Source of the DNA: Euryarchaeota archaeon UBA91
GTDB lineage: Archaea; Thermoplasmatota; Poseidoniia; Poseidoniales; Poseidoniaceae
Assembly: GCA_002499705.1 (NCBI GenBank)
Contig: DAMU01000077.1
Span: 4,951-68,950, forward strand
Length of the DNA: 64,000 bases
Direction: 5' to 3'
In this document: positions 19,779-29,588 of the stretch, one piece after another
Numbering within the stretch: position 1 is the stretch's first letter
Layout of the letters: the number at the start of each line of letters is the position of its first letter
The notes under the pieces: generated by a model
Seen by the model: only the letters and a program-made list of their open reading frames with translations
Told to the model about the DNA's origin: nothing
Databases searched by the model: none
Program-made: the position numbers and the translations under genes

Positions 19779-21866
19779 ATGGACGGCATATATCTCAGTT
19801 GGATGGTAAGCGCACTTGCGCTGGGAGTCCTGCTGTTGCCCGTATTCAAACCTCCATGGATGAAGATCACACTTCCTACCTTTGTCGATTTCTTCCGAAG
19901 GTATTGGATTCATATTTTGATTGTATTCATCATCTATAATTCAAAAGATATTCTTGACCAATTAGACCGGATTATTATTGCGAATACTGGCCTGGACATG
20001 ACTCCACTCATTTACGGAATCGAGGGAGACTTGGTTTTAGAGGTTCAACAGCTATTTGAAGCTAAATGGCTAACAGTTGCTCTGACTCACTTTTATGTCT
20101 CTGGGTTCATGTTTATTTGCTATGTTTCAATATTCTACTTTGCCTTTTTCGATGACCGTTGGATTGCAGATCGAATGACTCTAAGCATCGCATGGGTGTA
20201 TATTTTAGCGATTCCGTTTTACCTGTTTTTCAATGTTCGAGTAACTGGAGATTATATCCCTGGGATGGAGACTCTCGCTTATGATTTGACACCAGAAATT
20301 AGTGATTGGTTTCGCAGAATTGACCCTTTCACCAATGGAATGCCTTCACTTCATATTGGAATCCCATTCGCGGTTTGGTTATGCCTCACTCGCTTTGATG
20401 AAGACCGGCGCTGGAATAAATATCGAGCATTGGTTCTTGTCTATACTTTAGTCACTGCCTTTGCCATTATCTACCTTGGAATACATTGGTTTTCAGATAT
20501 TATCGGTGGAATGTTAATCGCAGCTCTCGCAGTATCCGTTGCTGATCGAACCTCAGAAGCGTGGTGGAAAATATTTGATGAGAGAACAATGAACTCTCGA
20601 ATAGTCACAGTCCTAACAAATCCGAAAAAAGCCCTTCGGATTATCCTTGACCGCTCTTCCAATATCTATCGAAGATACAGGAGACCTAAAAGCAGAGAAA
20701 CTGGAGTTTTGGCGCTCGTCGTTTTTTTGATGTTATTCTCCGTCATCACTTGGGATTTGAGTAATCAATCATTACCTGCTGGAGGAATTGAAGCACCACA
20801 AGGTGTTGCAACCAGTGACGGTTGGATGGCGACAATTGACAATCGTACAACAGGGCCTGTGGTTGTGATTCATAATCTCGCAGATTTAACAGTTAATTGG
20901 GAAATTATGAATGGGAGTGTCGAAGCGAATTCACCCTACGCTCTGAGCGGTACGACACTTGCCATCGCCAATCAGACCACATTATCGGTATACGACCTCA
21001 ATTCGATAGGAACAGTCAATGCTCTGGTATCGACCACCGATATGCAACAACCAAACCAAATACTCCTGACCGGCACTGAAGAGTCCGAATACATCCTGAC
21101 AGAGAGGAATGGATTTTTGAGCGCATACACCCTTTTTGGTGATGACGTATCACTTGGTTTCAATGTTGTCGGGGTTGAATTAATTCAAGCCAATGGTTTG
21201 GAAATTGCCATGGTCATTGAGAATGAACCAACGAGTATTCTCCTCTCTCGAATTGGTTCAACCGGTTCAATCACAATTGAGAACATCAACGCTTCTTCAA
21301 CCCCTGAGCAAGATGAAATTCTTGAAGCATGGGATACTCCAGTTGACATGGAAAACGCAAGTATTACTGATTTCGTATTTGATGATGATTTCATGGCCAT
21401 TACTGTAAATGTTTCAGCGACTGAACGCTTGGTCGTTTACAATCGCTCGAATGGCCAACAATGGCTTGCATCCGACCCTAAATATGCGGTCAGTGACCCA
21501 TCGATGAAAAATGGAATTTTAGCTTGGTCGGTACGCGACCACCTGGACCCTACAAAGCCAATTGAGAAATATATGGACGGGGAAATACAATTCGTTAATC
21601 TGACCAATAACCACACCCAATTTTTGACTTCTGATGATTTACATCAGTGGGGTCCGAACGTACTTGAGAATCATCTGGTATATTTTGAAGAGTCTTCGGA
21701 TGGAGAAGTGACAATTCACATCCATTCTTGGGAACCTGAACTCACAGTATACTCAAACGTCCTGCTCCAAATTGGTATGATTCTTGGTGTGGGACTGGTG
21801 TTTGCTCATGTCGTTCAACGTCAATCTGAATCAAGATTAAATCTATTGAGTCGAGAAGAAGAGTAA
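19779..21866 (+). CDS. PAP2-superfamily (Aur1/Ipt1-like) membrane phosphotransferase fused to a large extracellular beta-rich domain
   Basis: GMPSLH and YLGIHWFSDIIGG PAP2 motifs; multiple TMs; about 330-aa soluble segment; terminal TM. Confidence 0.75.
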   Translation: MDGIYLSWMVSALALGVLLLPVFKPPWMKITLPTFVDFFRRYWIHILIVFIIYNSKDILDQLDRIIIANTGLDMTPLIYGIEGDLVLEVQQLFEAKWLTVALTHFYVSGFMFICYVSIFYFAFFDDRWIADRMTLSIAWVYILAIPFYLFFNVRVTGDYIPGMETLAYDLTPEISDWFRRIDPFTNGMPSLHIGIPFAVWLCLTRFDEDRRWNKYRALVLVYTLVTAFAIIYLGIHWFSDIIGGMLIAALAVSVADRTSEAWWKIFDERTMNSRIVTVLTNPKKALRIILDRSSNIYRRYRRPKSRETGVLALVVFLMLFSVITWDLSNQSLPAGGIEAPQGVATSDGWMATIDNRTTGPVVVIHNLADLTVNWEIMNGSVEANSPYALSGTTLAIANQTTLSVYDLNSIGTVNALVSTTDMQQPNQILLTGTEESEYILTERNGFLSAYTLFGDDVSLGFNVVGVELIQANGLEIAMVIENEPTSILLSRIGSTGSITIENINASSTPEQDEILEAWDTPVDMENASITDFVFDDDFMAITVNVSATERLVVYNRSNGQQWLASDPKYAVSDPSMKNGILAWSVRDHLDPTKPIEKYMDGEIQFVNLTNNHTQFLTSDDLHQWGPNVLENHLVYFEESSDGEVTIHIHSWEPELTVYSNVLLQIGMILGVGLVFAHVVQRQSESRLNLLSREEE

Positions 21867-22985
21867 TCATTTCTTTATGCTCAACATTCGCTCTAAAGCC
21901 CAAAGAGAACCTTCTTGAATCGAAGCAGGAACTTGGATTTGATTCGGTTTTTCACCGTCTACAATTCGCTCAAGCACATCCATCAAATACGCTGGATGAA
22001 TCATATACATCGTTGAGCAGGGGCATATTTCAGCATCTAAACATTCAATGTGTTTGTCAGGATGTTCTTCGGCTAAACGAGCAACCATGTTGATTTCGGT
22101 TCCGATTGCAATATGAGACCCAGGCTTTTGCTCGGCTACAAAATTACGAATATATTGAGTTGAACCATTGGCATCACTCGCTTCGACTGTATCGATAGGG
22201 CATTCAGGATGAACGACTACAATTCCGTCGGGATGACGGTCACGGAACTCCTCGATTTGCGCCGTAGTAAATCGCTTATGGACTGAACAAAACCCATGCC
22301 AGAGAATAATTTTGCTGCCTTTCAAATCACCCATAGCACCTATGCCTGGAGTCCAAGTTGGCATCAAATCAAGTGAAATCCCCATCGCATTTCCAGTGTT
22401 ACGGCCAAGATGTTGGTCAGGGAAAAACAGAACTGCACCATTCTTTCCTGCACGTTCAAATGCCCAGTTGAGAACTCCTTGAGCATTGCTTGAAGTGCAG
22501 ACAATTCCCCCATGACGTCCAACGAAATCTTTCAGGTCAGCACTGCTGTTCATGTAGGTCACAGGAACTAAGAAATTGTCATCTTCAGAAGCGACAGCGG
22601 TTGGGTCTTCACGACAAATTGGGTCTTTCAAGCCTGCTTCCTGCAAAATTGATCCCCATGCAGATTCAACCTCACTGAGTGTCGCCATATCGGCCATAGA
22701 GCAACCTGCTCTCAAATTTGGTAGAACGACGATTTGATCATCGTCGGTGAGGATGTCGGCTGATTCAGCCATGAAATGGACACCGCAAAATACGATGTAT
22801 TTCGCTTTGGATTCTGCCGCCATTTGACTTAACATGAAAGAATCACCAAGGAAATCGGCATGCATGACGATACTGTCTCGCTGATAATGGTGACCAAGAA
22901 TCAACAACTGGTCACCGAGTTGTTCACGCAATTCCTCGATTCGTTCTGAAATCGCTTGTTCCTCTGGAGAAAGAGAGGTATCCAT
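21867..22985 (-). CDS. nadA: Quinolinate synthase
   Basis: ILGHHYQR, GDSF, FCGVHFMAES, AGCSMAD, YMNSSA, CTSSNA, FPDQHLG, CSVH, HPEC, GTE, CSTM. Confidence 0.95.
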   Translation of the reverse strand: MDTSLSPEEQAISERIEELREQLGDQLLILGHHYQRDSIVMHADFLGDSFMLSQMAAESKAKYIVFCGVHFMAESADILTDDDQIVVLPNLRAGCSMADMATLSEVESAWGSILQEAGLKDPICREDPTAVASEDDNFLVPVTYMNSSADLKDFVGRHGGIVCTSSNAQGVLNWAFERAGKNGAVLFFPDQHLGRNTGNAMGISLDLMPTWTPGIGAMGDLKGSKIILWHGFCSVHKRFTTAQIEEFRDRHPDGIVVVHPECPIDTVEASDANGSTQYIRNFVAEQKPGSHIAIGTEINMVARLAEEHPDKHIECLDAEICPCSTMYMIHPAYLMDVLERIVDGEKPNQIQVPASIQEGSLWALERMLSIKK

Positions 22986-23106
22986 GAAATCCACGGAACA
23001 CATTGGCAGAGAGACGGTCATCTTGCTTCATCTATGGCACGAAGTTCTCCTTTTTGAAGCAAACCTTTGCTGAAGTGTTGATAAATGGGGAGTAAAAGGG
23101 CCCGTC

Positions 23107-23790
23107 ATGGCCTTTGTTGCGAGCGAGCGATTGCATCTTGGTGCTGAGGCAGAAGTCTGGGCAGGTACTTGGATGGGGCAACATGCTGTTCGCAAACTAC
23201 GCCGACCACGAAAATGGCGCCACCCAGATCTCGACTTACGCCTTGGACATCGACGTATGATGAGTGAATCAAGACTTCTCATAAGACTCAAGAGGCGCGG
23301 ATTGAATGTACCAGCTGTTTGGGACCTTGACCCACAATCCGGGCGGATGATTCTTGAGCGAATGCCGGGATTGCCATTGATTGAAATTCTACGAAAGAGT
23401 GAACATCCTCAAGAGTTCATCAACACGACTTTACGAAACACTGGTGCGTTAATTCGCAGACTCCATCGTGAGGCCATTACCCATGGTGATCTCTCGACGA
23501 ACAATATCCTCGTCGATGAAAATGCGGAAGTTTCACTCATTGATTTCGGTCTTGCTGCAATCGATTATGAAATCGAACGATTTGGTATTGACCTGCACGT
23601 CATCGACGAAATCCTCGGTGCCTCACATCCAGACCACACAGATGCTATCGAAGTTTTGTTAGAGGGATACGCTTCCGAAGAAGAGAGACTTGGTGAAGCA
23701 CCTGAGCAATCTGGGGGGGCCGTTCCAACTGCTGAACAGGTTCTGAAAAGGCTTGAAGAAGTTCGTTCACGAGTACGATACCATGGATGA
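23107..23790 (+). CDS. bud32: KEOPS kinase Bud32
   Basis: GAEAEV, RHPDLD, E.RLL, HGDLSTNN, LIDFGL, DLHV, RVRY end. Confidence 0.9.
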   Translation: MAFVASERLHLGAEAEVWAGTWMGQHAVRKLRRPRKWRHPDLDLRLGHRRMMSESRLLIRLKRRGLNVPAVWDLDPQSGRMILERMPGLPLIEILRKSEHPQEFINTTLRNTGALIRRLHREAITHGDLSTNNILVDENAEVSLIDFGLAAIDYEIERFGIDLHVIDEILGASHPDHTDAIEVLLEGYASEEERLGEAPEQSGGAVPTAEQVLKRLEEVRSRVRYHG

Positions 23791-24210
23791 TTATTCCATG
23801 AGCAGACGTAATTCTTCAAGACTGCGAACCTCTGCAAGATAAATTTGTTCGATTGCGTCATACAAATCTTGGTCGCCAACATCTTCAATTTGGGTCATTA
23901 TTTTGGCGTAGACTGCTGCTGCTTTGGTTTCTGTTTCCAGTGAGTGAACCAACATCTCGTCGTAGAGAGTTGTGTGAATGATGGGGTGCGAATTACGTTC
24001 TGTGACTGGAATTCCGCCAAGCTTAACGATGGCTTTTCGAACAACATCTGCATGCATGTTTGATTCAGTTGCTTCTTCGGTAAACATTGGTGAGAGTTGA
24101 AGGCGGTGAATACCCCGTATATTTGCTGCATAATGTGCATACATGTTGCTAGCTCGCAATTCCCACCCAAGGGCTTCGTTCAAAATATTGATTACATTAT
24201 GTTCTGTCAT
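23791..24210 (-). CDS. Ferritin-like (bacterioferritin/DPSL-type) protein
   Basis: LNEALGWEL, EEATESNMHAD, LGGIP, ETETKA..Y four-helix bundle pattern. Confidence 0.75.
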   Translation of the reverse strand: MTEHNVINILNEALGWELRASNMYAHYAANIRGIHRLQLSPMFTEEATESNMHADVVRKAIVKLGGIPVTERNSHPIIHTTLYDEMLVHSLETETKAAAVYAKIMTQIEDVGDQDLYDAIEQIYLAEVRSLEELRLLME

Positions 24211-24296
24211 CGTTTCAACTCTTAGGGCAAACGAAATATTTTCGCTCGATGTTCCATGACTAATCCAACCGAGAGGCCCTACATAAAGCCACTTGT

Positions 24297-24668
24297 TCAA
24301 GCAAATATTGTTTCTCCAATTTTCCAACCAATCAAGGCCAAAAGAGGGCTCAATGTCATAGTAAGAAGCAGATAAACCATGGCGCTACCCCCATCTCCAC
24401 CATCAAACATTTCAACGGTTTCCACTGAAAAGGTCGACATGGTCGTGAAGGCGCCCAGAACACCAGTTCCGAGCAGCAACGCTACATTTGTCGATACAAG
24501 GTTCTGAGCTAAACCAATAGCTAAGATACCTAAAAGAAAGGAGCCGACGAGATTAACCGAGAGGGTCGCATAGGGAAATGAATCAGTGGATATCCATTCA
24601 CCAACTGCATACCTCAAGCCTGCTCCAATTGCACCGCCGAGTGCGACAATCCCGAGTTGCTGCAGCAT
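24297..24668 (-). CDS. crcB: Fluoride channel Fluc/CrcB
   Basis: GGAIGAGLRY, TLSVNLVGSFLLG, GVLGAFTTMSTFSVE. Confidence 0.92.
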   Translation of the reverse strand: MLQQLGIVALGGAIGAGLRYAVGEWISTDSFPYATLSVNLVGSFLLGILAIGLAQNLVSTNVALLLGTGVLGAFTTMSTFSVETVEMFDGGDGGSAMVYLLLTMTLSPLLALIGWKIGETIFA

Positions 24669-24771
24669 ATCTTTGGCTCGGGATATTGCCCTTTGAATGC
24701 TCGCCTGTAAAAACTGACAAAACAGCGATTATCGCCCGTCATTTCAATAGGCAAAAACTGTAGCAGGTCCC

Positions 24772-25437
24772 ATGGCGCGCACAATTTGGTTCCTTACCGG
24801 CAATTCCGGCAAACTCAAAGAAGCAACACATCACTTACAGCCACTTGGCTATGAAGTTCGCCAATTAATTGTCGAAGAGGGTGAAATTGTAGAACCTCAA
24901 GTGGAATCACTCGAGGAGGTTGCTCAATCAAAAATCACTCAGGCCTTACTTCACCTCTCTGACGACCAACAATCTCAGGATATGATTCTGGTTGAGGATG
25001 CTGGATTGTTTGTCGATAACCTCAATGGATTCCCCGGCGTATATTCATCCTATGTTCTGGACACGATTGGATGCAAGGGCGTATTGCGGTTACTCGAACA
25101 TTTACAAAGCGAAGATACCATTCAATGCGCTCAATTGCGTTCAGCACAATTTCAAGCAGTTGCAGCATTGTGGATGGATGGAGAAATTCTCTATGGAAAC
25201 GGAGTATGTCCTGGATGGATTGCGCTTGAAAGCAGTGGAGAAGACGGGTTTGGTTTTGACCCCGTGTTCACACCAAATGATCTCGATGCCTTTGGAGAGC
25301 CTTTACCTCCCGGAACATACGGTGAGAAAAGCGTGCATGGCAAAACCTTTGGAGACATCTCGTTGGAGGAAAAACAAGCCTACAGTCATCGAAGCCGAGC
25401 ATTGAATGACTTACTGAGGCAATTGCCATCAGCATGA
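24772..25437 (+). CDS. rdgB: Non-canonical purine NTP pyrophosphatase (RdgB/HAM1)
   Basis: TGNSGKLKE, EDAGLFV..LNGFPGVYS, GFGFDPVF, EKQAYSHR. Confidence 0.92.
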   Translation: MARTIWFLTGNSGKLKEATHHLQPLGYEVRQLIVEEGEIVEPQVESLEEVAQSKITQALLHLSDDQQSQDMILVEDAGLFVDNLNGFPGVYSSYVLDTIGCKGVLRLLEHLQSEDTIQCAQLRSAQFQAVAALWMDGEILYGNGVCPGWIALESSGEDGFGFDPVFTPNDLDAFGEPLPPGTYGEKSVHGKTFGDISLEEKQAYSHRSRALNDLLRQLPSA

Positions 25438-25469
25438 TAAGTTAAAACCAGTTGGGTGAGTTGAGGGCC

Positions 25470-26396
25470 ATGGGATTCGTACGTTCTGTTACCGGCATCA
25501 GTGCCCTCACAGTAGCTGGTTACTATCTTCTCAAAGCAGGAGAACTAACCGATTCGGAGAAATGGATTAGTATTGCCATTATTCTCGTATTTTCATTAGC
25601 GTGGATTATGATGGGTTCCAAAAAACCTGTAGCTCGGATTCAAAAGGCAACCATCCCTCCTGAATCGTCTTCTGAATCTCAAGAAACTGAGCAAGAAAGT
25701 GAGTTTGACATTCCAGAACCCGTTACCGATGATGAGTTGGACGGAGCGACACTGAAAGAGCGGAAAATTGCTAAGATTCAAGCAGCAGAAGACGAAAAGG
25801 AAGCGCTCTTGCTGGCTGTTTCACAAGAGGGTGAAGAAAATGAAGAAACCATTGTCGAGGTTACTCTGGAAATGGAAGATATCCACGTGGCAGATGAGTT
25901 TGTAGTCGAGGTAAGTCCGGAATCGGTCGAAAATGCAGATATTGAATCCTCGATCAGCAATCGAAGAATCAAACATGACCAAATCCGACAGAAAATTGAA
26001 CTGCGACGAAGAGGGCAACTCGCAGATATTCGTGCATCGACTGCTCGGATGTGGGAAGAACAGACTGCAGGCGAAGACCTCGTAACACTGCTCCAAACCC
26101 CTGGCCATGGACAATCGGTTTTGGTTTCGCCTGAGCATCCCGAATCTGGCCACATTTACGGAGCAACTTTTATCAGAATTGATGAAACACAAATTCTCAA
26201 ACTTCGCACTGCTCTCGATGATGGATTTGAGAAGGTGCAAGTTCAAAAACAGCCAGAATTGCCCGAACTCTTAGGCCCTGATGGCAATCCACTTCCACCG
26301 CTCATTGGATTGGATGGAGCACCACTTTCACTCCCTCCAATCGTTCCAACAGCAAGTGATGCTTTGGCTAAAATGAAAGAAGAAATGAACGAATGA
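25470..26396 (+). CDS. Hypothetical membrane-anchored acidic protein
   Basis: Two N-terminal TMs, Glu-rich body, Pro-rich C-terminus. Confidence 0.65.
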   Translation: MGFVRSVTGISALTVAGYYLLKAGELTDSEKWISIAIILVFSLAWIMMGSKKPVARIQKATIPPESSSESQETEQESEFDIPEPVTDDELDGATLKERKIAKIQAAEDEKEALLLAVSQEGEENEETIVEVTLEMEDIHVADEFVVEVSPESVENADIESSISNRRIKHDQIRQKIELRRRGQLADIRASTARMWEEQTAGEDLVTLLQTPGHGQSVLVSPEHPESGHIYGATFIRIDETQILKLRTALDDGFEKVQVQKQPELPELLGPDGNPLPPLIGLDGAPLSLPPIVPTASDALAKMKEEMNE

Positions 26397-26451
26397 CATT
26401 CAAAAACGTGTCAACTTTAATCAGCAGAAGGCATGAGTTCCTTTTGTTCAC

Positions 26452-27174
26452 ATGGAAGAAAGGTTCGTGAAAGAAGAGGCGATTGGGGAAACCAGTCGCA
26501 ATATCGCTCTTTTAGGTCTCATCCTTGTCAGTATAGCCCCCAGTGTCTCAGTTGTGACTGGATTTGCTTTCAAAGTAGGGTTGTTTGCAGTTTTCGTATT
26601 CATTTTCACTAAGGTCTGGGTTTTCGGATTACCTGCATTTTGGCACCTCCGTATCGAAAAAAAGGAGTTGTCTTGGTCGCCTGTTCAAAAGGGCGGTTGG
26701 GGAATGTCGCTCTTGCTGGGAGTTGGAATGATGGCAGTGATATGGCTTGCCTATTTCATACTCGGAGAGCAAATGCTTCAACCAGACGCTCTCAAAGCAA
26801 TTCTTGACCCTGTTGGACTAACCGTGCCATGGAAACTCGCCGCAGCAATTGTGTTTTGGGTATTCGTTAATTCTGTTCTTGAAGAATATGTATTTCGATG
26901 GTTCATAACTTCGAAAATTGAACGATTAGTTGGCGGCAAATGGCGTTCAGCGTTTCTTTCCTCAGCAGTTTTTACACTCCACCATAGCATAGCACTCGTG
27001 TTCTTCTTAGATCCATTTGGGGCGATTCTTGCTTCAGTTGGTGTGTTTATTGGTGGCACGATATTTTCATGGCTATACTTGGAATACCGAAGTGTTTGGA
27101 TTGCGTGGGTTGCGCACGCTTGTGCAGATGTAGCAATTTTTGCAATTGCGTGGAATATCATTGTCGGATTTTGA
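26452..27174 (+). CDS. CPBP/Abi (CAAX-type) intramembrane metalloprotease
   Basis: EEYVFR, FTLHH, HACAD motifs; multi-TM. Confidence 0.85.
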   Translation: MEERFVKEEAIGETSRNIALLGLILVSIAPSVSVVTGFAFKVGLFAVFVFIFTKVWVFGLPAFWHLRIEKKELSWSPVQKGGWGMSLLLGVGMMAVIWLAYFILGEQMLQPDALKAILDPVGLTVPWKLAAAIVFWVFVNSVLEEYVFRWFITSKIERLVGGKWRSAFLSSAVFTLHHSIALVFFLDPFGAILASVGVFIGGTIFSWLYLEYRSVWIAWVAHACADVAIFAIAWNIIVGF

Positions 27175-27211
27175 TACGAAAAACCGTTTTTTGGGGCATT
27201 CCCTGACGCTT

Positions 27212-27378
27212 TTTATATACTGTCGAGCCCAAGTATATCTGTAGTAATGGACGTGTTTCAACATACATCTGTATTCCCAAAATTCCAAACGGTGACATCA
27301 TGAACAAGTAAATCTCCAATAAGCGTTTCTGAAACGGCAAAGCTTCGGCAAAGCCATAAGAAAATTGGAGAAAATATC
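27212..27378 (+). promoter_or_regulatory. Archaeal TATA box followed by a putative uORF and a structured leader that pairs with the SD
   Basis: TTTATATA 27212-27219; ATG 27247 to TGA 27303; TCTCCAAT 27313-27320 complementary to ATTGGAGA 27364-27371, which contains GGAG. Confidence 0.5.
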
Positions 27379-27774
27379 ATGAAAACGAACCGTAACATTA
27401 AGCCGTTCCATAACGGCAAGAACCGACGTACTGGGCGCTCAACTGGCGTCCGAAGAACCCAGAGAGCAGCTGCAACTGCGAACAACCCTCAAGCCGAAGA
27501 GATTCGCCAAGCTTGGGTTGCTGCAAAGATGAAGGCACGCGAAGAGAAAGAGGCTCGCCGTAAGGACGGACCATGCTGCTCGACTGAAGCTGACAAGAAG
27601 GCAACAAACCTTCGCCTGCTCAAGAAGCTACAAGCAACTGTTTGTGATCGCGTATGGAACAATGAACTCAGCCGCTGGGAAGGGATCATGCCTCGCCGCT
27701 TTGTCCGTGAGAATGCAGTGCACATGAGTCACTTTCGCGATTTTGCTCGCAAGAACGGATACCGTAGCCGGTAA
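27379..27774 (+). CDS. Small highly basic (Arg/Lys-rich) protein of unknown function
   Basis: 131-aa ORF with SD GGAG 8 nt upstream, own TATA box and a downstream hairpin CGAGGC/GCCTCG. Confidence 0.7.
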   Translation: MKTNRNIKPFHNGKNRRTGRSTGVRRTQRAAATANNPQAEEIRQAWVAAKMKAREEKEARRKDGPCCSTEADKKATNLRLLKKLQATVCDRVWNNELSRWEGIMPRRFVRENAVHMSHFRDFARKNGYRSR

Positions 27775-27846
27775 GTAAAAGCCGGCTTGAGCCGCAATTG
27801 TGTCCTCGAGGCCGTGCGCCTCGTCCAACTTTGAGCGAAAGCAAGG

Positions 27847-28689
27847 TCACTTGTGTTCCCACTGAGGTTTTTCCCTATTCAGGAAGGCATCAACGCCAAT
27901 TTCTTGGTCTTTGGAACCAAATAAAGATGCGAAAACTTCTGCTTCGTAAGCGATGCCTTCAGTAATACCGAGGTCGAGTGAAGCACGAATTGTTTGTTTT
28001 CCAAAACGCAAGGTGTAGGAGGACTTACTTCCTATTATTCGCGCCATGTTGAGTGTGTAGTCAAGCAAATCTTCACTTGCACAAACATGATTCACCAGAC
28101 CCATACGATGGGCTTCTTCGGCGCCAATCATTTCTCCAGTCATGACCATTTCCATTGTTTTACCATACCCGATGAGGTGGGTTAAACGTTGAGTAGCACC
28201 GTAACCTGGAATTAAGCCAAGGTTTACTTCTGGTGTCCCGAATTTGGAACGGTTACTCGCAATACGCAAATCACAGGAGCATGCAATTTCACAACCTCCG
28301 CCTAGGGCGAAACCATCAACCATCGCAATTGTTGGTTTGCTTAAGTCCCACAGTGCTTCTACAGCATTATCGGTAAACTTCACTCGAATCGCATCACTCT
28401 GCATTCCTACGAATTCTGTGATGTCAGCACCAGCAACAAATGCATTCGGTTTGGCTCTCTTTCCTTCAGGAGGTTCATTTGGCTGAGCACCGGTGAGGAT
28501 GACAACTCGAATGGATTCAGTAGCCTCGGCCCAAGCGACCATTTCCTTCAAACTGGACATTACCTCTGCATTGAGTGAATTGAGTTTATCCGGCCTTCGA
28601 ATGGTAACCAGTGCTATTGAACCCAAATCATCGTGTTCATTTACGGGGATTTCTTCGATTGAAAGTACATCTGTCTGCGGGGCGTCCAT
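27847..28689 (-). CDS. Enoyl-CoA hydratase (crotonase family)
   Basis: AFVAGADI, GFALGGGCE, FGTPEVNLGLIPGYGATQRL; both catalytic Glu present. Confidence 0.9.
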   Translation of the reverse strand: MDAPQTDVLSIEEIPVNEHDDLGSIALVTIRRPDKLNSLNAEVMSSLKEMVAWAEATESIRVVILTGAQPNEPPEGKRAKPNAFVAGADITEFVGMQSDAIRVKFTDNAVEALWDLSKPTIAMVDGFALGGGCEIACSCDLRIASNRSKFGTPEVNLGLIPGYGATQRLTHLIGYGKTMEMVMTGEMIGAEEAHRMGLVNHVCASEDLLDYTLNMARIIGSKSSYTLRFGKQTIRASLDLGITEGIAYEAEVFASLFGSKDQEIGVDAFLNREKPQWEHK

Positions 28690-28794
28690 GAACCTTCCAA
28701 ATGGTCGAAGTTCATCATTTCACCGACTGAGCCATTATCTTGATTCATCATGCTGAAACCAAGAACTCAAAGACCACGACTCTTTCGTATGGTT

Positions 28795-29586
28795 ATGGTT
28801 GAATCAGTCGCTCCGCTGGTTAAGGCAGAAGACATGGCCAAAAAATATGGTGATTTTATCGCTTTGCACCCACTCAATGTTGAGGTTCATGCTGGAGAAT
28901 TCTTCGGAGTATTTGGTCCGAATGGAGCAGGAAAGTCAACATTCATCAAACTCCTTACCGGACAACTTCGTCCGAGTAAAGGCCAAATCGAAGTGTTGGG
29001 GATTGATGCTGTCAAGAATCCACAAAAAGTCAAAGCAAACATCGGAATCGTTCCTGAATCTGAATCACCGCCCTCCTTTCTAACGCCGTATGAATTTCTT
29101 GAATTCGTGGCGAAATTACGCACCGTCGAGGGCATTCATGAGCATGTAGAACACTGGATTGAGTGGTTTGGATTAGAAGAAAAGCGAGATACAATGTGTA
29201 AAGATTTGTCAAAAGGACAACGTCAGAAAGTGATGCTTGCAGCTGCTTTTATCCATAAGCCAAAATTACTCTTTCTCGATGAACCATTCGCTAATCTTGA
29301 CCCCATTTATCAACGCAAATGCAGGCAATGGCTTCTTGAACATGTCAAAAACGGTGGAACGATTTTTCTTTGCTCACACGTCCTCGAAATGGCGGAGCGA
29401 ATGTGCAACAGAATGGCGATTATTAACAACGGGAAAGTGCTTGCAGCAGGAACTGTAAAAGGACTCAAACAAGCTGATGAAGAGACGCTTGAAGATGTCT
29501 TCATTCGGTTAGTAGGTCACTCAATAGAGGATGTCGAACGCCTCTCGGATGAAGGCGTCAAAAGCGAGGATACCGAGGAGGAGTAA
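28795..29586 (+). CDS. ABC transporter ATP-binding protein
   Basis: GPNGAGKST, LSKGQRQK, LFLDEP, CSH. Confidence 0.92.
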   Translation: MVESVAPLVKAEDMAKKYGDFIALHPLNVEVHAGEFFGVFGPNGAGKSTFIKLLTGQLRPSKGQIEVLGIDAVKNPQKVKANIGIVPESESPPSFLTPYEFLEFVAKLRTVEGIHEHVEHWIEWFGLEEKRDTMCKDLSKGQRQKVMLAAAFIHKPKLLFLDEPFANLDPIYQRKCRQWLLEHVKNGGTIFLCSHVLEMAERMCNRMAIINNGKVLAAGTVKGLKQADEETLEDVFIRLVGHSIEDVERLSDEGVKSEDTEEE

Positions 29587-29588
29587 AT

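Noticed and set aside
24669..24771. Fluoride riboswitch upstream of crcB
   Set aside because: Only a partial GGCGAT..TCGC resemblance on the minus strand; the GAUGRxxUYC and downstream GAUGAC pseudoknot elements are missing
27324..27360. c-di-GMP-I riboswitch-like GGCAAA..GCAAAGCC words
   Set aside because: P2 and P3 arms with tetraloop/receptor are absent; too short to match the family
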